A stretch of DNA of 64,000 nucleotides, taken from assembly GCA_973895155.1 (NCBI GenBank), contig OZ316893.1, forward strand, positions 7,464,963 through 7,528,962. Direction: 5' to 3'. Shown here in pieces: positions 25,901 through 39,400 of this stretch; the stretch's first letter is position 1, and each line of letters starts with the position of its first letter. The notes under the pieces are model-generated. The model made no database searches and was not told the origin of the DNA. It saw only the letters and a program-made list of their open reading frames with translations. Source of the DNA: Marsupella aquatica (taxonomy: Eukaryota; Plantae; Marchantiophyta). Position numbers and translations under genes: made by a program.

Positions 25901-27598
25901 CAGACTTACGCCAAGATGAACCAGATGGAGTCTGTCATCATTGCAGAGCTCGACAAGGAGCTAAGAGCAACCCGGGAGGAGAGGACTACCTTGAAACAAG
26001 AACGGGAGGAAGCCCAGAAGGAACTAGAGGAGGCACGCAAGGACCTGGATGAGACCCAGGAGGAGTTGGAGGAAATCACGAGGAAGATGGAGAACCTCCA
26101 GCGGCGGGCCGACAACCAAACGAAGCGGCTGAAGAAACAAGCCGCAGTATTTAAGTGCTTGTCTTCATCAGGCCCAACTCCAATTGGGGCAACCAAGTTA
26201 CCAGGAGTGGTACTGGCCGAAGAAAAAGCCGCGCCACCTGCACCAGTGCCGGAAGTAAGTGGGAAGGGGAAGGGACCAGCTGCCGAACCAGAAAAGAAGA
26301 AAAAGCGGAAACCTTCAGGGTCAAGGAGTAATCCGACTCCTCAAGCCGTGGTGACCAGGGAGGTAGAACCAGCACCATCCTCCGGCATGAATACGGCAAT
26401 AGATCCCGCTATCATCACAGGTGGGGGTGGTGCGGCCCAAGCCAAACTACTCAGTAATGAGGCCAGTATTCCAGATCCGCCTCTTGAGCAGGCCGGGGAG
26501 ACCATAGCCGAGGCTGAGGCCGTAACCGATTCCCGAGCCAATGCCGACGCCGATGGTGGACCCAGTCAGGCCGATGGAGAGTTGACTCAGTCAAGGGCAG
26601 GTAATCTGTCAGAGAATGAACCTACGGCAGTGGTTGAGGAGGAAGCGTTGGGGGCATCCATTAAGGATCCTCCACCGGTGTCGTGACGGCGCAAGGGCGC
26701 CGTTCCTTTTAGGGAGGGCGGACGTGGAGGGAGGAGGCGTGAGTGGGCAGGGCGGACGCTGATCTCCAAGTTTAGGATTAGGATCAGGACCAGGAGCGGC
26801 CCTGACACTTAGCTTAGTGGGATTGCGGTTCCACTGGTAGGAGCAACACTTGTGCTCTTGCCTTGCTGTACATAGGTAGATTCGGGCAAGTAGATTACTG
26901 TTAGGTAGATTAGGCTTACAATGCAAAGAATGGCGGATCCACTACCAGGATAAGTACCTGGGCAGCGGGGAGCTCAGGGCCTCTTCTTTAGCAAGTTTTT
27001 AGTTTGCACCAGCCGGGCTGGGATCAAGTAGTACGAGAAGCTCTCGGTTAGTCATACAGTGACCCTTGTGTATATTCATGTTTCCTCATGCCTAAGAGCT
27101 GAATAGAGTTGGCCTCACGGCTTAGTTCGCAGAGCTTGTGTATGAGATGTACTGTTTGTATGGCAAGTGCATGGTATGACTCAGTCAGAATGAGTCATTT
27201 TGCTATTTGTGTGTCGCATTAACTTGTGTGAAGAGTGCCCACATCAACCAAAAGGAAGGAAAGTAAGCAGGGGAGTGAGAGTTGGATGTGTCGAGCTGAG
27301 AGAGGTCTTAGCGGCTTAACCAAGCCTATTGGGGATCATTCCGGCGGCGGAATCCAAACATACCTAACAAGACGGAGGGGAAGACAGGGGAAGGCCTAGA
27401 TTAGGCCGGCTACGTATCTCATGACCCGATGAAGGACCTGTCCAGTATATGTGTGTAAAATGTTAACAGTAGTAGTAGAAGGTTAGCAGCGTCCCATGCC
27501 GCTAAGCCACGGAAACGGCCTCGCCAAGCTCGAAACCTGCGGGAATCGGCTTGAGCTGGGGGGTTTCTTGGGTTTAGGGAGCCATGGGACGCACCACA
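22942..27598 (+). mobile_element. 4657-bp solo LTR (family 2, Ty3/gypsy Tat-like) containing a long ORF
   Basis: TGTGATGC...GCACCACA termini; TSD GGCTG/GGTTG (one transition); flanks rejoin to restore the transposase C-terminus; full-length homology to 44856-49628, which is followed by a PBS. Confidence 0.9.
23057..26686 (+). pseudogene. LTR-internal ~1209-codon ORF: PMD-like domain plus long Smc-like coiled coil; two in-frame stops
   Basis: ORFs 23057, 23642 and 24530 share a frame; stops at 23600 and 24491 are TGG and CAG in the paralog; motif LLEFVGSWEPETNCTRIYGKDFYLTPKVIVEVFGLPIG. Confidence 0.8.
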
Positions 27599-30500
27599 GG
27601 TTGGCTACACAGGGTAGACTCCTCTACATGAAACTTGAAGACATTTATAAACACCCAATACAAATGTTTACAAGGCATATATGGCTTGCCGCGAGAATGA
27701 CGACGGAAGAAATCCTCATAGGAACAGGTTGGGAAGATGCAAATTTGGACAAAGTAAGTGTTCGGGGATCAAAGGTTCTCGTGGGTCCGGATTTTGAATT
27801 GCTTCCCAAATGCAATTCCAATACCCACATCCCACTCGCCATCCAGAGTCATAGCTTCTTTCCGAGCCGACTCCATTCGTGTACTGTGAGCCAAAGTTAG
27901 ATTTGATCAAGGTCTGGAGTTTCTCCCATTCCTGGTCCGAAGGCGTACGTTGGGGTCAGCAAAATTGATTCTTTCAAGAAATGCGTTTACATTAATTCTC
28001 AAGTCGAATGGAACAGGTGCATCTCGAGACGTCGCAGCTGTTTGGACCATCGAGACTCCCTGTGCTTGAAGGAACTCTACCTCGGCAGGTGACAAGTTGG
28101 TCCCTCTCACAACTGGCAAGATATCCGAAACAGGAGGAAGGCGTTCAACACCACGACGCGGATGGCTCTTGTAGCATGTTTTGTTTGCGCAGAACCATAT
28201 CATTTCTGCAATGGGTGTGCCTCTGAAAATTTGATGTCCGCTGACAACAATGCCGACAACACCTGTTGCCGAATGGAACCCGGATTTTTTTACACGATTT
28301 CGACACTCATCCCTCTCAGAATTTCCATGCAAAGTCCCATTGCACTGAGGCCCTGCCCCATATTTGGCCGTCCACCGCAAATGCCAGGTCCCTCTAGGAA
28401 CGTCCATTTCCAAAGGAGTTGACTCTGTCGGCAAATGTTGAAGAACAGCTGGAGCACTGAGTGGGGGTTGCGATGGTGTTGCTATTCCTCTGGCTTCAAG
28501 GATGTTTGCGAGGGAATCACTTCCATTCGTTGAAGTGTCGCTCCCGCCGAGGTCGACTATGGGATCTGTTACATTTTCGGGAAAGGAAGTGAAGGCAGTG
28601 TTGTTGAGATTCTTCCGTTTGAACCCTCGAGTATTTGGTGTAGTGATGAGAATGGTGTCATGCCGATGGGAGTCTTGTGGCGAGACAATCCCAGTTGCGA
28701 GTCCCTTCCTCTTAACTGACTTCATGACAATATCTCCATTCAGAGGAGAGCTCCTATCCAGATCCAAATCAGCAGCGTTGGAAAGAATCATGTTGGTTGC
28801 TTCTTCAAATAACTTGGGTGAACCAGATTGGTCTGCGGATAAATCTGCAGCACTAGTATAAACACACTGAGGTTTGACGAATAAAAGCATCAGGAAAACT
28901 TACCACACAAATGAAATTCCCCCATTGACGCCATCGAACAACCCACCAAGATATCCAACTCTACAACATCATCAGCTTTCCTGGGACACAATTTCCCGCT
29001 TGCCACCACAACACGATTTCCCTCGAAACTCGATACGCCGCAACAAACATTGGAGCATTCCGCAGTTTCTCCCATAGTTGCCGATGTTCTGGTTGCTTAC
29101 CCTCCAAAACTCCTTCTATAGAATGTCGATGGAAAGACTGGTAAAAGTGAAATGCATCAAAGCGTTCACGTTCAGGGTCTGGATGCCCTCCAAAAAAGAC
29201 ATTGCGAACGGCAATCCATCCAGCCTGAGCATTGTCAGCCATAAAACCTTGAATGACAACATCCTGTAACCCATTTTCCTTACAAACCTCAATCATAATT
29301 CTCCACGCTTTCTCAAAGGACTCCGTGTCTTCAGCTTTTAGTTTGCATGTGAAGATTGTACAAAGAGCTTGGAAGTTGTGATCATAAAGGTGTGCACTGA
29401 AAGTAAACCAGTCGGTTGTCACTCGCTTCATCACATCAAAACTCACCCAAGCTCCTTCCAATCTTCCGCCGGGTTGCATCTGCCGGAGAAGATCTACACC
29501 AGATCCATGACCCTTGACTGTCATTTTGAATATATGGGGCCTATCTGCTACACAACCCTGACCCGGCAGGAGGTACCTTTGGAGGAAAGAAATGTTATTT
29601 GACCTTTGCATCCAAGCTAGGAAATCTAACTCACCACGACCAGCCTGGTCCATACGAACGCTTCGACAAAGCGATGCAAATTTTTGGGGGGTAGACAGTA
29701 CCATGAGAGACTTCCAAATCTCCGTTTCTTCAATATCTACTATGTCTTCGATGTTTTCGCAAAGAGCTTTCACGAGCGATTCGGTTGCGGAATTCAAAAT
29801 ACCAGCCGGCTTTGCTAGAGGATTGGCTTCATGATTTCTTCTTATCAAATCCTCAGCTATCTTCTTAGCGCTCCTCGAGAAAACTTTCCTACTCTGATGG
29901 TTATGCTCACCTATATGAATTGCGAGCCGAGACATGTGACTATAGGTCTCTGTATCAAGGACTTGAGGGTACATATAAAACAAGCGAGCAGGGGCAAGAC
30001 TTCACACAGAAAGGAATCTGCTCACAATAGTGACAGACTACACCACCCTCTTCAATCAACGAACCCACCACGTGCTGGCCACTGAGTTTAGGAGCACCAT
30101 GCCAGGCCTTTGCATTGCATCTCTTCTTTTGTTGAAAGTACTCACAGGACTTGTTCCTGCACTCGATGAACCCGGTACACGTAACCTTACCAAATTCCCA
30201 ATGTTTCTTTGGATGCAGGCTCGCAGTTGTCGGAAAATTTGGGTCCAAATGTAACAATCTTTGGCACGGTCCATGTCACGAAGTCTAGATCCCTTGGAGA
30301 GCGTTCCCTCAATGGGAGGAAGTTCAAATACAACATTTCCGTTGTACTTGTCTGGCAAACAAGGAACTTGCTCATGCCGAAAATCCCCTGCCGAGATAAA
30401 TCTTGACAGTTCACTATGTCCCGTGGCCTTGAGTAAGGCGTCCATCGCACTCCTTCGATAGACTTTATGACCAACTCGGGAGGTAGCCACCGGCTCATCC

Positions 30501-31689
30501 TTAACAAAAGCGGGAACCGGAACATTGTACTGCGATGGAGGAGTGGGTGCAACATCACCATCTTCACTGTCAGATATGTCAACAACAACAACAGGAATGT
30601 TCCCAACTACTGGTTCCGGAGCAAGACGTCTGACATTAAGCGTGTAACTAAGCCCGACATTCATATGCCAAAAGCGTACTCCCTCATCTACATCGAATGC
30701 CGCAGCCCGTTGAAGTTCTCTTTGGGAAGGATTTTTGAGGGTTTAATAAGGAGCCTCCTAGGATTCCGCTATGTCAGTTGGTGCACATGGAGGTCGTCCG
30801 CACTTTGCAGAAAGATAGCTCCTCCATTGACAAGTTGAAAGACTCTTTTCATAGTATGGGATACAATTCGTCGATAGGAATTGAGGTTTTATGTTCAGCC
30901 GACGGACGCTGAGGGTGTGACGCTCACTTGCACACAGGAAATTCGTGATAGTTGGGATCCAATATGGATATCCGAAAACAAAAAGTTCGAGGAAGAGTGT
31001 GCGGCAGACCCCGATTTTCTCATTCTGAAGGATAAGATGTTCTCAGTTTTTGACGGGAACCATCGGTTTGTACTCCTGGACGCTTGTCACGGGTATAGCG
31101 ACGGAGACAGCAAACAGGCAAACAGGAAATACTTTTCCTGTTTGCCTTATGCTGTTACCAGGAAAAAACATCTTGTACCAGGGGAAAGAACACACAATCA
31201 GCAGTTTAGAATTGTTGAAGTTGGAGTTAGTCCATTGCGGTGAGGGAGGATACCTTGTAATGAATTGCTGAACCACATAATAATTGAACCCTAAATCCCA
31301 ACACAAACAAGGGGGAGCATACATAAAAATGTCAAGGAATGCGCACAAAATGGTAGGTCCCACCACAATCGGCAACAAAATATATGAAAATAATACAAAA
31401 TCAACGCAGCCCTAAACTTTATGTCATTATGTGGTCCAAAATAAAAGCGAACAACGGATTGACTAGCGCCTGGCGCTATCTTATTGTTATTCAAGGAAAC
31501 AAATAGTTGGCGTTGAGAACATAAATCACAACACAATGACATTTAATGGTGTAGCCTAGACGAAAAATTTACCAGCGCCTGGCGCTAACAAAACATGATG
31601 CGACATCAATAACACTATACCGTTGACATACGACAAAATCAATATAACCGTTTGGACCAATAATACAACCTACATCATCATGATTCATG

Positions 31690-34600
31690 CTATAAACGAT
31701 GAGCATTTTGCCTCTCTAATATGAGCCGAACCTCTCCAACAGTGAGAATTGGTTGGCTGGTCAATGTAGATTCCTCAACGTCTAGTTTGAAAACGGTAAG
31801 GAAAATCCAATACAAATGTTTGCAAGGCATATATGGATGTTTCCGGGAATGTCGCCGGTAGAAATCCTCACACGAGCAAGTGGGGAAAATGCAAATTTGA
31901 ACAAAGTAACAATTTGGCGTCCACATATTTTCGTGCGTTTGCACCTTAAACTGTTTTCCCCATGCATTCCCAATCGCAACATCCCACTCTCCCTGAATGG
32001 ACATCGTCTCTTTTTTTGCAGACGCAATTCTGTTCATGTGACCCTGGGTAAGATTTGACCGAGGAACCGTATTCCTCCCATTCCGGCTTCGGAGACGAAC
32101 ATTGGGTTCGAGAAGATTCACATGTTCTGGAAAGATATTGACATTGATTCGAAGATCAAAATCTGACGGGGGTCTAGTTGTAAGTTCATTTCCGCGCACT
32201 AGGGAGATTCCGTTGTCAAGAAGATATTGCAGCTCGTCCTCCGAAACATTTGTCCCTTTCAAAACGGGAAGAACATCAGGGAAAGGGGGAAAATTCAAGA
32301 CACCTCGACGCGGGCGACTTCTGTAACATGTATTGTTTGGGCAAAACCAAATCATTTCGGTTATGGGTTCCCCCCTGAAAATCTGTTGACCTTTGACAAC
32401 AATACCGATAACACCATGTGGTGAGGGAAATCCAACTTTTTTCACGCGATTGCGACACTCATCTCTTTCAGAATTACGGGAAAATGATCCGTTGCACTGA
32501 GGACCAGCGCCAAATTTTGAAGTTCGACGTAATTGCCATGCAGCTAGAGCAACCTCCGTCTCATGGACAGGACACTCTTGTAACGGTTGCTGAAGCACGG
32601 AGGGAGCAGTCTGGGGAAGCCTCGTTGAACGCGTTCGGTCTCGAGCAGGAGGGGTATTGAAATCGACATCTTCTCCAGCGCCCGAAATGTCACTTCCAGA
32701 CAGATTAACAACAGGATCAACTTGAGGCGTGGGGCCAGGGATAGCATCAAACGCCATGCGATTAAGATTCTTCCTTTTCATCGATCTAGTATTGGGCGAG
32801 GTGACAAGGATTTTATCATGCCTATGGGAGTCTTGTGGCGAGATATTCCCAGATGCATGTCCTTTCCTCTTCAAAGACTTGGTGACAACGTCTCCATTGA
32901 GAGGTGCACGTCTCTCCAAGTCAAACTCGGCAGCGTTGGACAGTAGCATATTCATTGCGTCTTCATACAACTTGGGGGAGCCTGCTTGGTCCGCTGATCG
33001 GAAAGCGAGTTCCCAAATTGTGGGACCTCTTCCTCTATGCAACCCTTTCCGATACGTAGTGTAAGCAGCAACCTGAGAAATAGCTCGATTTTGGTCCATT
33101 TCACATGCCTCAAAGAGCCCAACCTTTTTCTTCATTACCCATGCTTTCATACCTGCGTGCACGGACTCTGATCCTGTACAATTAGGAATCTTAGCCCCTT
33201 CTTGGACACTCTTGTTCTGCAATCACATAGAATAAAGTGTCTATTACAGAACAAGAAAACACTAGCGTCGGGCGTTAGTGAAGTGGACTCTCTCCTTAGA
33301 AGTCAAAACTGGCGCTGTACATTAAGGGACAATTTATTTTGTCCTATTGTGTCATATGACAGTTTGAATAAATGATAGCGCCAGGCGCTAGTATTAAAGG
33401 ATGCTATGGTATTGTAATATTTGAATATGGATACAAACATTTTGAAATGAGAATATAGCACTACAATACCTAAAGAGCGGAAAGCAAAGTAAACTAACTT
33501 ACCAAACGAATAAAATTTCCCCATTGTCTCCACCTGACGACCCACCATGAAATCCAACTCTGGAGCATCCGGAGCTTCCCGGGGACACAGTTACCCGACT
33601 GCCACCACAAATCAATCTCCCTTGAAATTCTGTAAGCCTCTACAAACGTGGGGGCATTTCGCATCTTATCCCAAAGCCTACGATGCTCTGCTTGACTATC
33701 TTCAATCACTCCTTCAATCGAATGGCGATGGAAGGCTTGGTAGAAATGGAATGCATCAGTTCGCTCACGCTCAGGGTTTGGATGCCCTCCAAAAAAGACA
33801 TTTCGGACTGCAAGCCAACCAGCTTGAGCATTGTCCGCCATGAATCCATGAATAATCGGATTTTCTAATCCATTCTCTTTGGACACCTCAATCATTAGTC
33901 TCCAAGCCTTCTCGAACGACTCTGTATCCTCTGCTTTTAGTTCGCAGGTGAACAAGGTACACAGAGCGCGATAGTTGTGATCATAAATATGCGCACTAAA
34001 AGTAACCCAGTCTTTTGTAAGCTATTTCATCACATCAAAACTTATCCAAGCACCTTCGAGACTTCCACCAGGTTGCATTTGTCTCAAAAGATCAACGCCT
34101 GATCCATGGCCGATCGAAGTCATCTTGAAAATGTGAGGACGGTCTTCTTGAGATCCTTGACCTGGTAGGAGGTACCTTTGGAGGAAAGGCATGTTGATAT
34201 TTCTTTGATACCGAACAAGAAAATCTAGTTCACCTCGACCTTTCTGGTCCTGTCTAACACTACGAAAGAGGGACGCAAACTTTTGGGGTGTGGAAACTAC
34301 CATGAGAGACTCAAATATCTCTGTTTCTTCAATATCTTGAATATCTTCCATACTTTCACACAAGGACTTTACAAAAGACCCTGTCGCCACATTTTTTACA
34401 CCAGCAGGGGTGAAAATTGGATTTCCTTCCAATTTCTTTTTGATAACCTCCTCAACAATCTTCTCTGCGCTCCGAGAAAACACCTTTCTTGAAGGATGGT
34501 TGTGGATCCCCATATGAATTGCCAAGCGGGACATGTGAGTACAGGTGTCTGAGTCAACTAGAACCTGGGGGTACATGTAAAATAACCTTGCTGGACAGGA

Positions 34601-35554
34601 TTGGACACAAAACGGAACTTGATCACAAAATTGGCAAACAACTCCACCTTCGTCAATGAAGGAGCCAACACGATGTTGCCCGCCAAGTTTGGGGGTTCCA
34701 CCCCAGGCCTTCTGGTTCCTCCTTTTCTTCCGCTGAAAATAGTCGCAAGTATTATTCCTACACTCAATGGAACCAGTGCACGTTACTTTACCAAATTCCC
34801 AATATTTCTTGGGATGAACATTAGCTGATGTAGGAAATATTCTGGTCCAGATGTAGCAATCCTTTGACCGGTCCATGTCGCGTAGACGTGACCCCTTCGA
34901 AAGAGCTGCCGTCGTAGGAGGCAACTCGAATACAATATTTCCATTGTATTTCTTTGGCAAACAGTCGACTTGTTCATGGCAGAAGTCCCCAGCCGCAATG
35001 AACCTCGAGATTTCACTGGAACCAGTTGACTTGAGAATGGTATCCATTGCACTTCTCCAATACACAATGGAATTTTTGGTAAAAACTGCTGTAATCTCCT
35101 GTTTAACAACGGTGTGAGCGGATTTAGCACTATGCTCAGGCAAAGCAGGTCCATCATCGTCGCTATCTGAAAGCAGGACAACATCAACAAAGGGTTTGGA
35201 TGAAGATGGGAGATCGGATTCGACTGGTTTTCGAATGACAATAGAATACCGAATTCCTGCATTCAGGTGCCAAAAACGAATCCCGTCATCAACATCAAAA
35301 GAAGCAGTGGAATTAGATGCTTCATCTCCATTTCCCTCCTCCAAAATGTCCTCAATGTCGTTCAAATCCAAACCAAAGCGCCCACAGAGATAATTCTCAC
35401 TAACTTGCTTGTATACGACATTGGCCGACAATGGAATGGATACAAGGTCACAGGTAGACAGACGCGTCAGAACGATTGACCTCGACATTTTAAGATCATC
35501 CAACCCAAAAACACTCAGTTCACGATAATGAATGACGTCTTCGAATGTACACAA
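31690..35554 (-). pseudogene. MULE transposase B (GCM/WRKY-like Zn domain, DDE, SWIM zinc finger), one intron (~33217-33502), premature stop at 34022
   Basis: SFDVMK / FMADNAQAG / DAFH / ESVH; SWIM CSCEDF...PCKHLYW; GTAAG...TTGCAG intron ends. Confidence 0.88.
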
Positions 35555-36436
35555 TGGTATTCATAGTGAATAATCCGTTTGTCAGAGCCGTTATAATACG
35601 ACAGAAACACTACCGGTCGAAAGCACATCTGACACAATAAATGTTTTTTGTCGTTATGTCAACGACATTTACACTAATGAGCCTAAGATGTCCGTTTCCA
35701 AAGAGCATAATCATGATAATTAAATCATGTTAATTGAGTAGCGCCCGACGCTACTCAAACATCCTACCTTCAACATGGACCCAAAATGGTGAAATATGGC
35801 GCTACTCAAACACACACCATAAATTATGGTATAAAAGTGGAATGTTTTATCCGGGGTTTCAGAATAAATACTAAATGTTTGTAGCTAATTTTTTAATATT
35901 ATCTAAAATATTACCAAAATGTGCCCATTTAATATTAGCGTCGGGCGCTAATCCAAAACGGTAATCATGACATTCATTTATGGAAAAATATTCAAAAATT
36001 GTATTCATTTGGCTTTTTATTGTATACTTGAGGGTGAATGTTGACCTAACTTTGGGAAATTTTATGGTTTAAATTGTGATGATTTTGAGTAGCGCCTGGC
36101 GCTACTATTGACCAATATCAGATTTGAACTAGGAATATATATTAAATTCAACGAACTGTTCTTTAACGGTCATATTCAACGGTAACGTTAGGTCGCGTAA
36201 CGTCGAAGATATGCCAACGGTATTCGGACAACTAATCCAGAATTGACAAGTGGCGCTCAAGAGATAGATATCAAAGTAGCAAGGGGATAGTTTAGAGATG
36301 ATACTCCCCCCCCCCCTCCCTTGTCCGCTGTATTTAGGTTCCGTTTCGGAGGTTCTTCGTGCAAGAATTCTCTAGAAGAAGTACGGTACGAATGAGGTAC
36401 TCATCACGATCGTGAAGCACTTCGTGTCTGAGAAAC

Positions 36437-39400
36437 ATGGACCTTCTCCCCACTACCTCGCATGGGTATAGTGCTGTTGGGCAGGGAGAGTAGATCCATT
36501 CGCAGACATCTGAGTGCTCGTTTTCTGGATCTGTTTACAGTCGTCGAGTGACACGGTCTACAGCATCCCAAGCTCCCAAAACAGTCTCTGTAGTCACATT
36601 TCCGAAGAGCAGGAGAGCGAAGATGGATGATCTCGACACATATGCTGTGGAAGATCGAGGAGAAATGTCGCTGACGATGTCCGACATTATCTCCAAGCAT
36701 GTTATGGTGTTTGGCAAAGATTTTCGAGGGCACGACAAAGACCCCCCAAGGATTCCAATGTGCCGCTTGGTTCACATGGAAGTTGTCTGCACCTTACAGA
36801 AGGGAAGTCCTTCAATTGAAAAGTTGAAGGACTCTTTTCGTAGCACAGGATACAACTCAAAAATCGGAATGTTGTTCTATGTCCAGCCGACAGATTCAAA
36901 TGGGAATGTCCAGACGTGTACTCCAGAAATTCGAGCTTCCTGGGACCCGATGTGGGTGGCCGAGAACGAGAAGTTTGAAGCTGAATGTGCGGCCGATCCA
37001 GACTTCATGGTGTTACAAGATAAGATGTTTTACGTTTTTGATGGTAACCATCAACTTTACGCATGTCGATCGTTACGAAAGAAAATCCGGAAGATATCAA
37101 GTATCACCCGCGTGTGCAATGTACTATCTTCAAGGGTGAAAAGGGATCTTTGATTGAGATTGAGGCGGCTATGCATACTGTGAACCAGTAAGTCTCTCGT
37201 TGAGTTTCACTTATCCTTACCTTTTATAGTGTAGTTTTTACTAGCGCCTGGCGCTATTGACTGACAAATTCTTCTGTAGACTTGGACAGGCCGTGGTGGA
37301 ACCTTCCTGGATACTTGATGCAGACCGAATTAAGAGGATTTTGTCCAACGATCTAGAATACTACAAATCAATCATCGATGGGGCAAACTTCAAGAAGTTT
37401 GGGCAGGTGATGCAGAAGACTCAAAAAGGATCGTGGTATTCCAAGAAAATGCCTCAAGAAGCACTTCTGTATATCTTATGCGAGAATAAGATTAAATCCT
37501 ATTCTCGACAATTCAAGATGGACATGGAGTCGGCCACCGCTCAGGGAAATCCTTGGTCTCAGGAAGAGACATCCAAACGACATGCGGTCATGATGAAAGA
37601 AGCAACGAAGGATTGGGCGATCAAGGTCTCAAAGATCACTCCCTTGTTGAGTCCAGAGTTTGAAGACTTCATGACAACCTGTGCTGAGATGTATCCGATG
37701 ATCGAGATGAACAAACGCGAGAAGAAACCGGATGCGGTTGTCTGTACCATGGATCGTGCCAGGTTATTTACAGCAGTCTCCGCACTCGACCCCAAATTGA
37801 GGAGCACTTTGTTAGTAGCGCATTGCACGCCAGAGCTCAGGAAGCAATTCTTTCATCCACAAAGTGTTAGTGATGACCCTGTGAAGCAGTGGTGCCACAC
37901 TTGGCAAACTTGGAATAGCGTGGAGGGAATTGCTATTGGTATGCTGCAGACTGCCCTCCAGCAAATCAGTGAAATAATTCCTTCCAATCGATTGGAGGAA
38001 TGGAAGTGTGAGTCTTATGATTCACTCGTTGAAATAGTGTGCAATGATTTCAAAAAATTTGGGGATGCAGTGAAAGGTAAGTTTTTCAATACGATGTGGA
38101 TGTCCAAGTACCCGGACAAGGAAGACTACACACTCAAGAATCAAAAGCGAGCGAAACGATATGTCTATCGTTTCTTCATGCACATGGAGATTGTGAAGCC
38201 TGATTTTTTTTGGGCTTACCCAGCTGCTTTCCAGAATTGGGTCATCTGCGCAGATGGAGATATTTTGGCCGAACTGTATTCGATGTATCCGGCTGAGGGT
38301 ATACTTCCACCGAGGAAATTGTCAGAGTGGGAGAGAATTCACTGCCCTTGGTATCTTGACACCGACAGATGGGATTCTCCTTTTGACGACACTGAGAAGG
38401 ATCCTTTCCATAAACTGTCTAAATCCCAAGTTCCGAGACAATTTGTCTCCGACATGAAGCAAGGAATTGAGGGGGACGTCAACTCGTCGACGACTGAGTT
38501 GCAAAAAAAATGCGAAACCACAGTGGTTCATGTTGATCGAAGCCGAAAACCAAGAGCCAAAGCCAAGGCGGATGCCCGTGTGGCAAGTGCTAGTGCCAAG
38601 TCTGGGAAAAAATGTAAGCTACACCTCCTTTTTCCGACTTCCTTCTTTGTTAGCGCCTAGCGCTATCATGTGTCGTGAGTTTAATGTGTCATATTTCCCA
38701 AAATTAATGTGGTGTGTTTGGTCAGTGCCTGGCGCTAACACTCTTTCTGTGCTTGACACCATTTTGGGTAGGTGGTCGAAAATCTGATGCCGCCACGGAT
38801 GACACAAAAGTCGATGCAACACCAGAAGTCTCTAAGGCCAACACTGGTGCCAATCCAGACCCCATCACCCCTGTTGAGAAGGGGCAGGTTATAGTTCCTG
38901 TGGATGCTACAAGGACAAAAAAGAAGAAGAAAAGGACCGTCGATGTCTGGGAATCTTCTCGAGATAATGCTTCTGGGGCCGGTATCCAACGGGATGTGGG
39001 GACTTTCAAGACCAAACTCGGAAGACATTGTATGGTTGAATCAAGCTTGGCAGAATTTATTGATAGTGCATTTAGTAAGGAAGAGAAGCCAGATTGGGTC
39101 TCAGACGCTGAGAAGTGGGGTAAGGATTTGATCAAATCGGGGTGTAGAGATAAAGGAATCATTCGAGGTGGGAAGGAACGATCATTTGGGGTGAATGCGG
39201 GTTTCATCTATCTCCCAACTGGTTTGAAACCCACAATTGTTGACCGTCGGGTCCCGAAATGGAATGTCACAGATCACACAGCAGCCGAATCATTCTGTCG
39301 GACGATGGACCCTTTCCTTTCCAATGACGGAATGCTCGCTATCTTATACTCGGATGACCACGATCAGATTTCCCAGGTCATTTCTGCATGTCAGCAATCC

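Larger units (their letters stand above)
22876..30720 (-). pseudogene. MULE transposase A (GCM-like Zn domain, DDE core, SWIM), interrupted by solo LTR 22942-27598
   Basis: SFDVMK, FMADNAQAG, DAFH in 28961..29983; C-rich CTGFIECRNKSC...CHYC...C; C-terminus resumes at 22876-22941 (QPIFIVAEVRLVLDRQNANGL*), homologous to 31690-31760. Confidence 0.85.

Noticed and set aside
24530-26686. Host SMC/myosin/tropomyosin gene
   Set aside because: Only generic coiled-coil composition; no ATPase motifs; lies within an LTR
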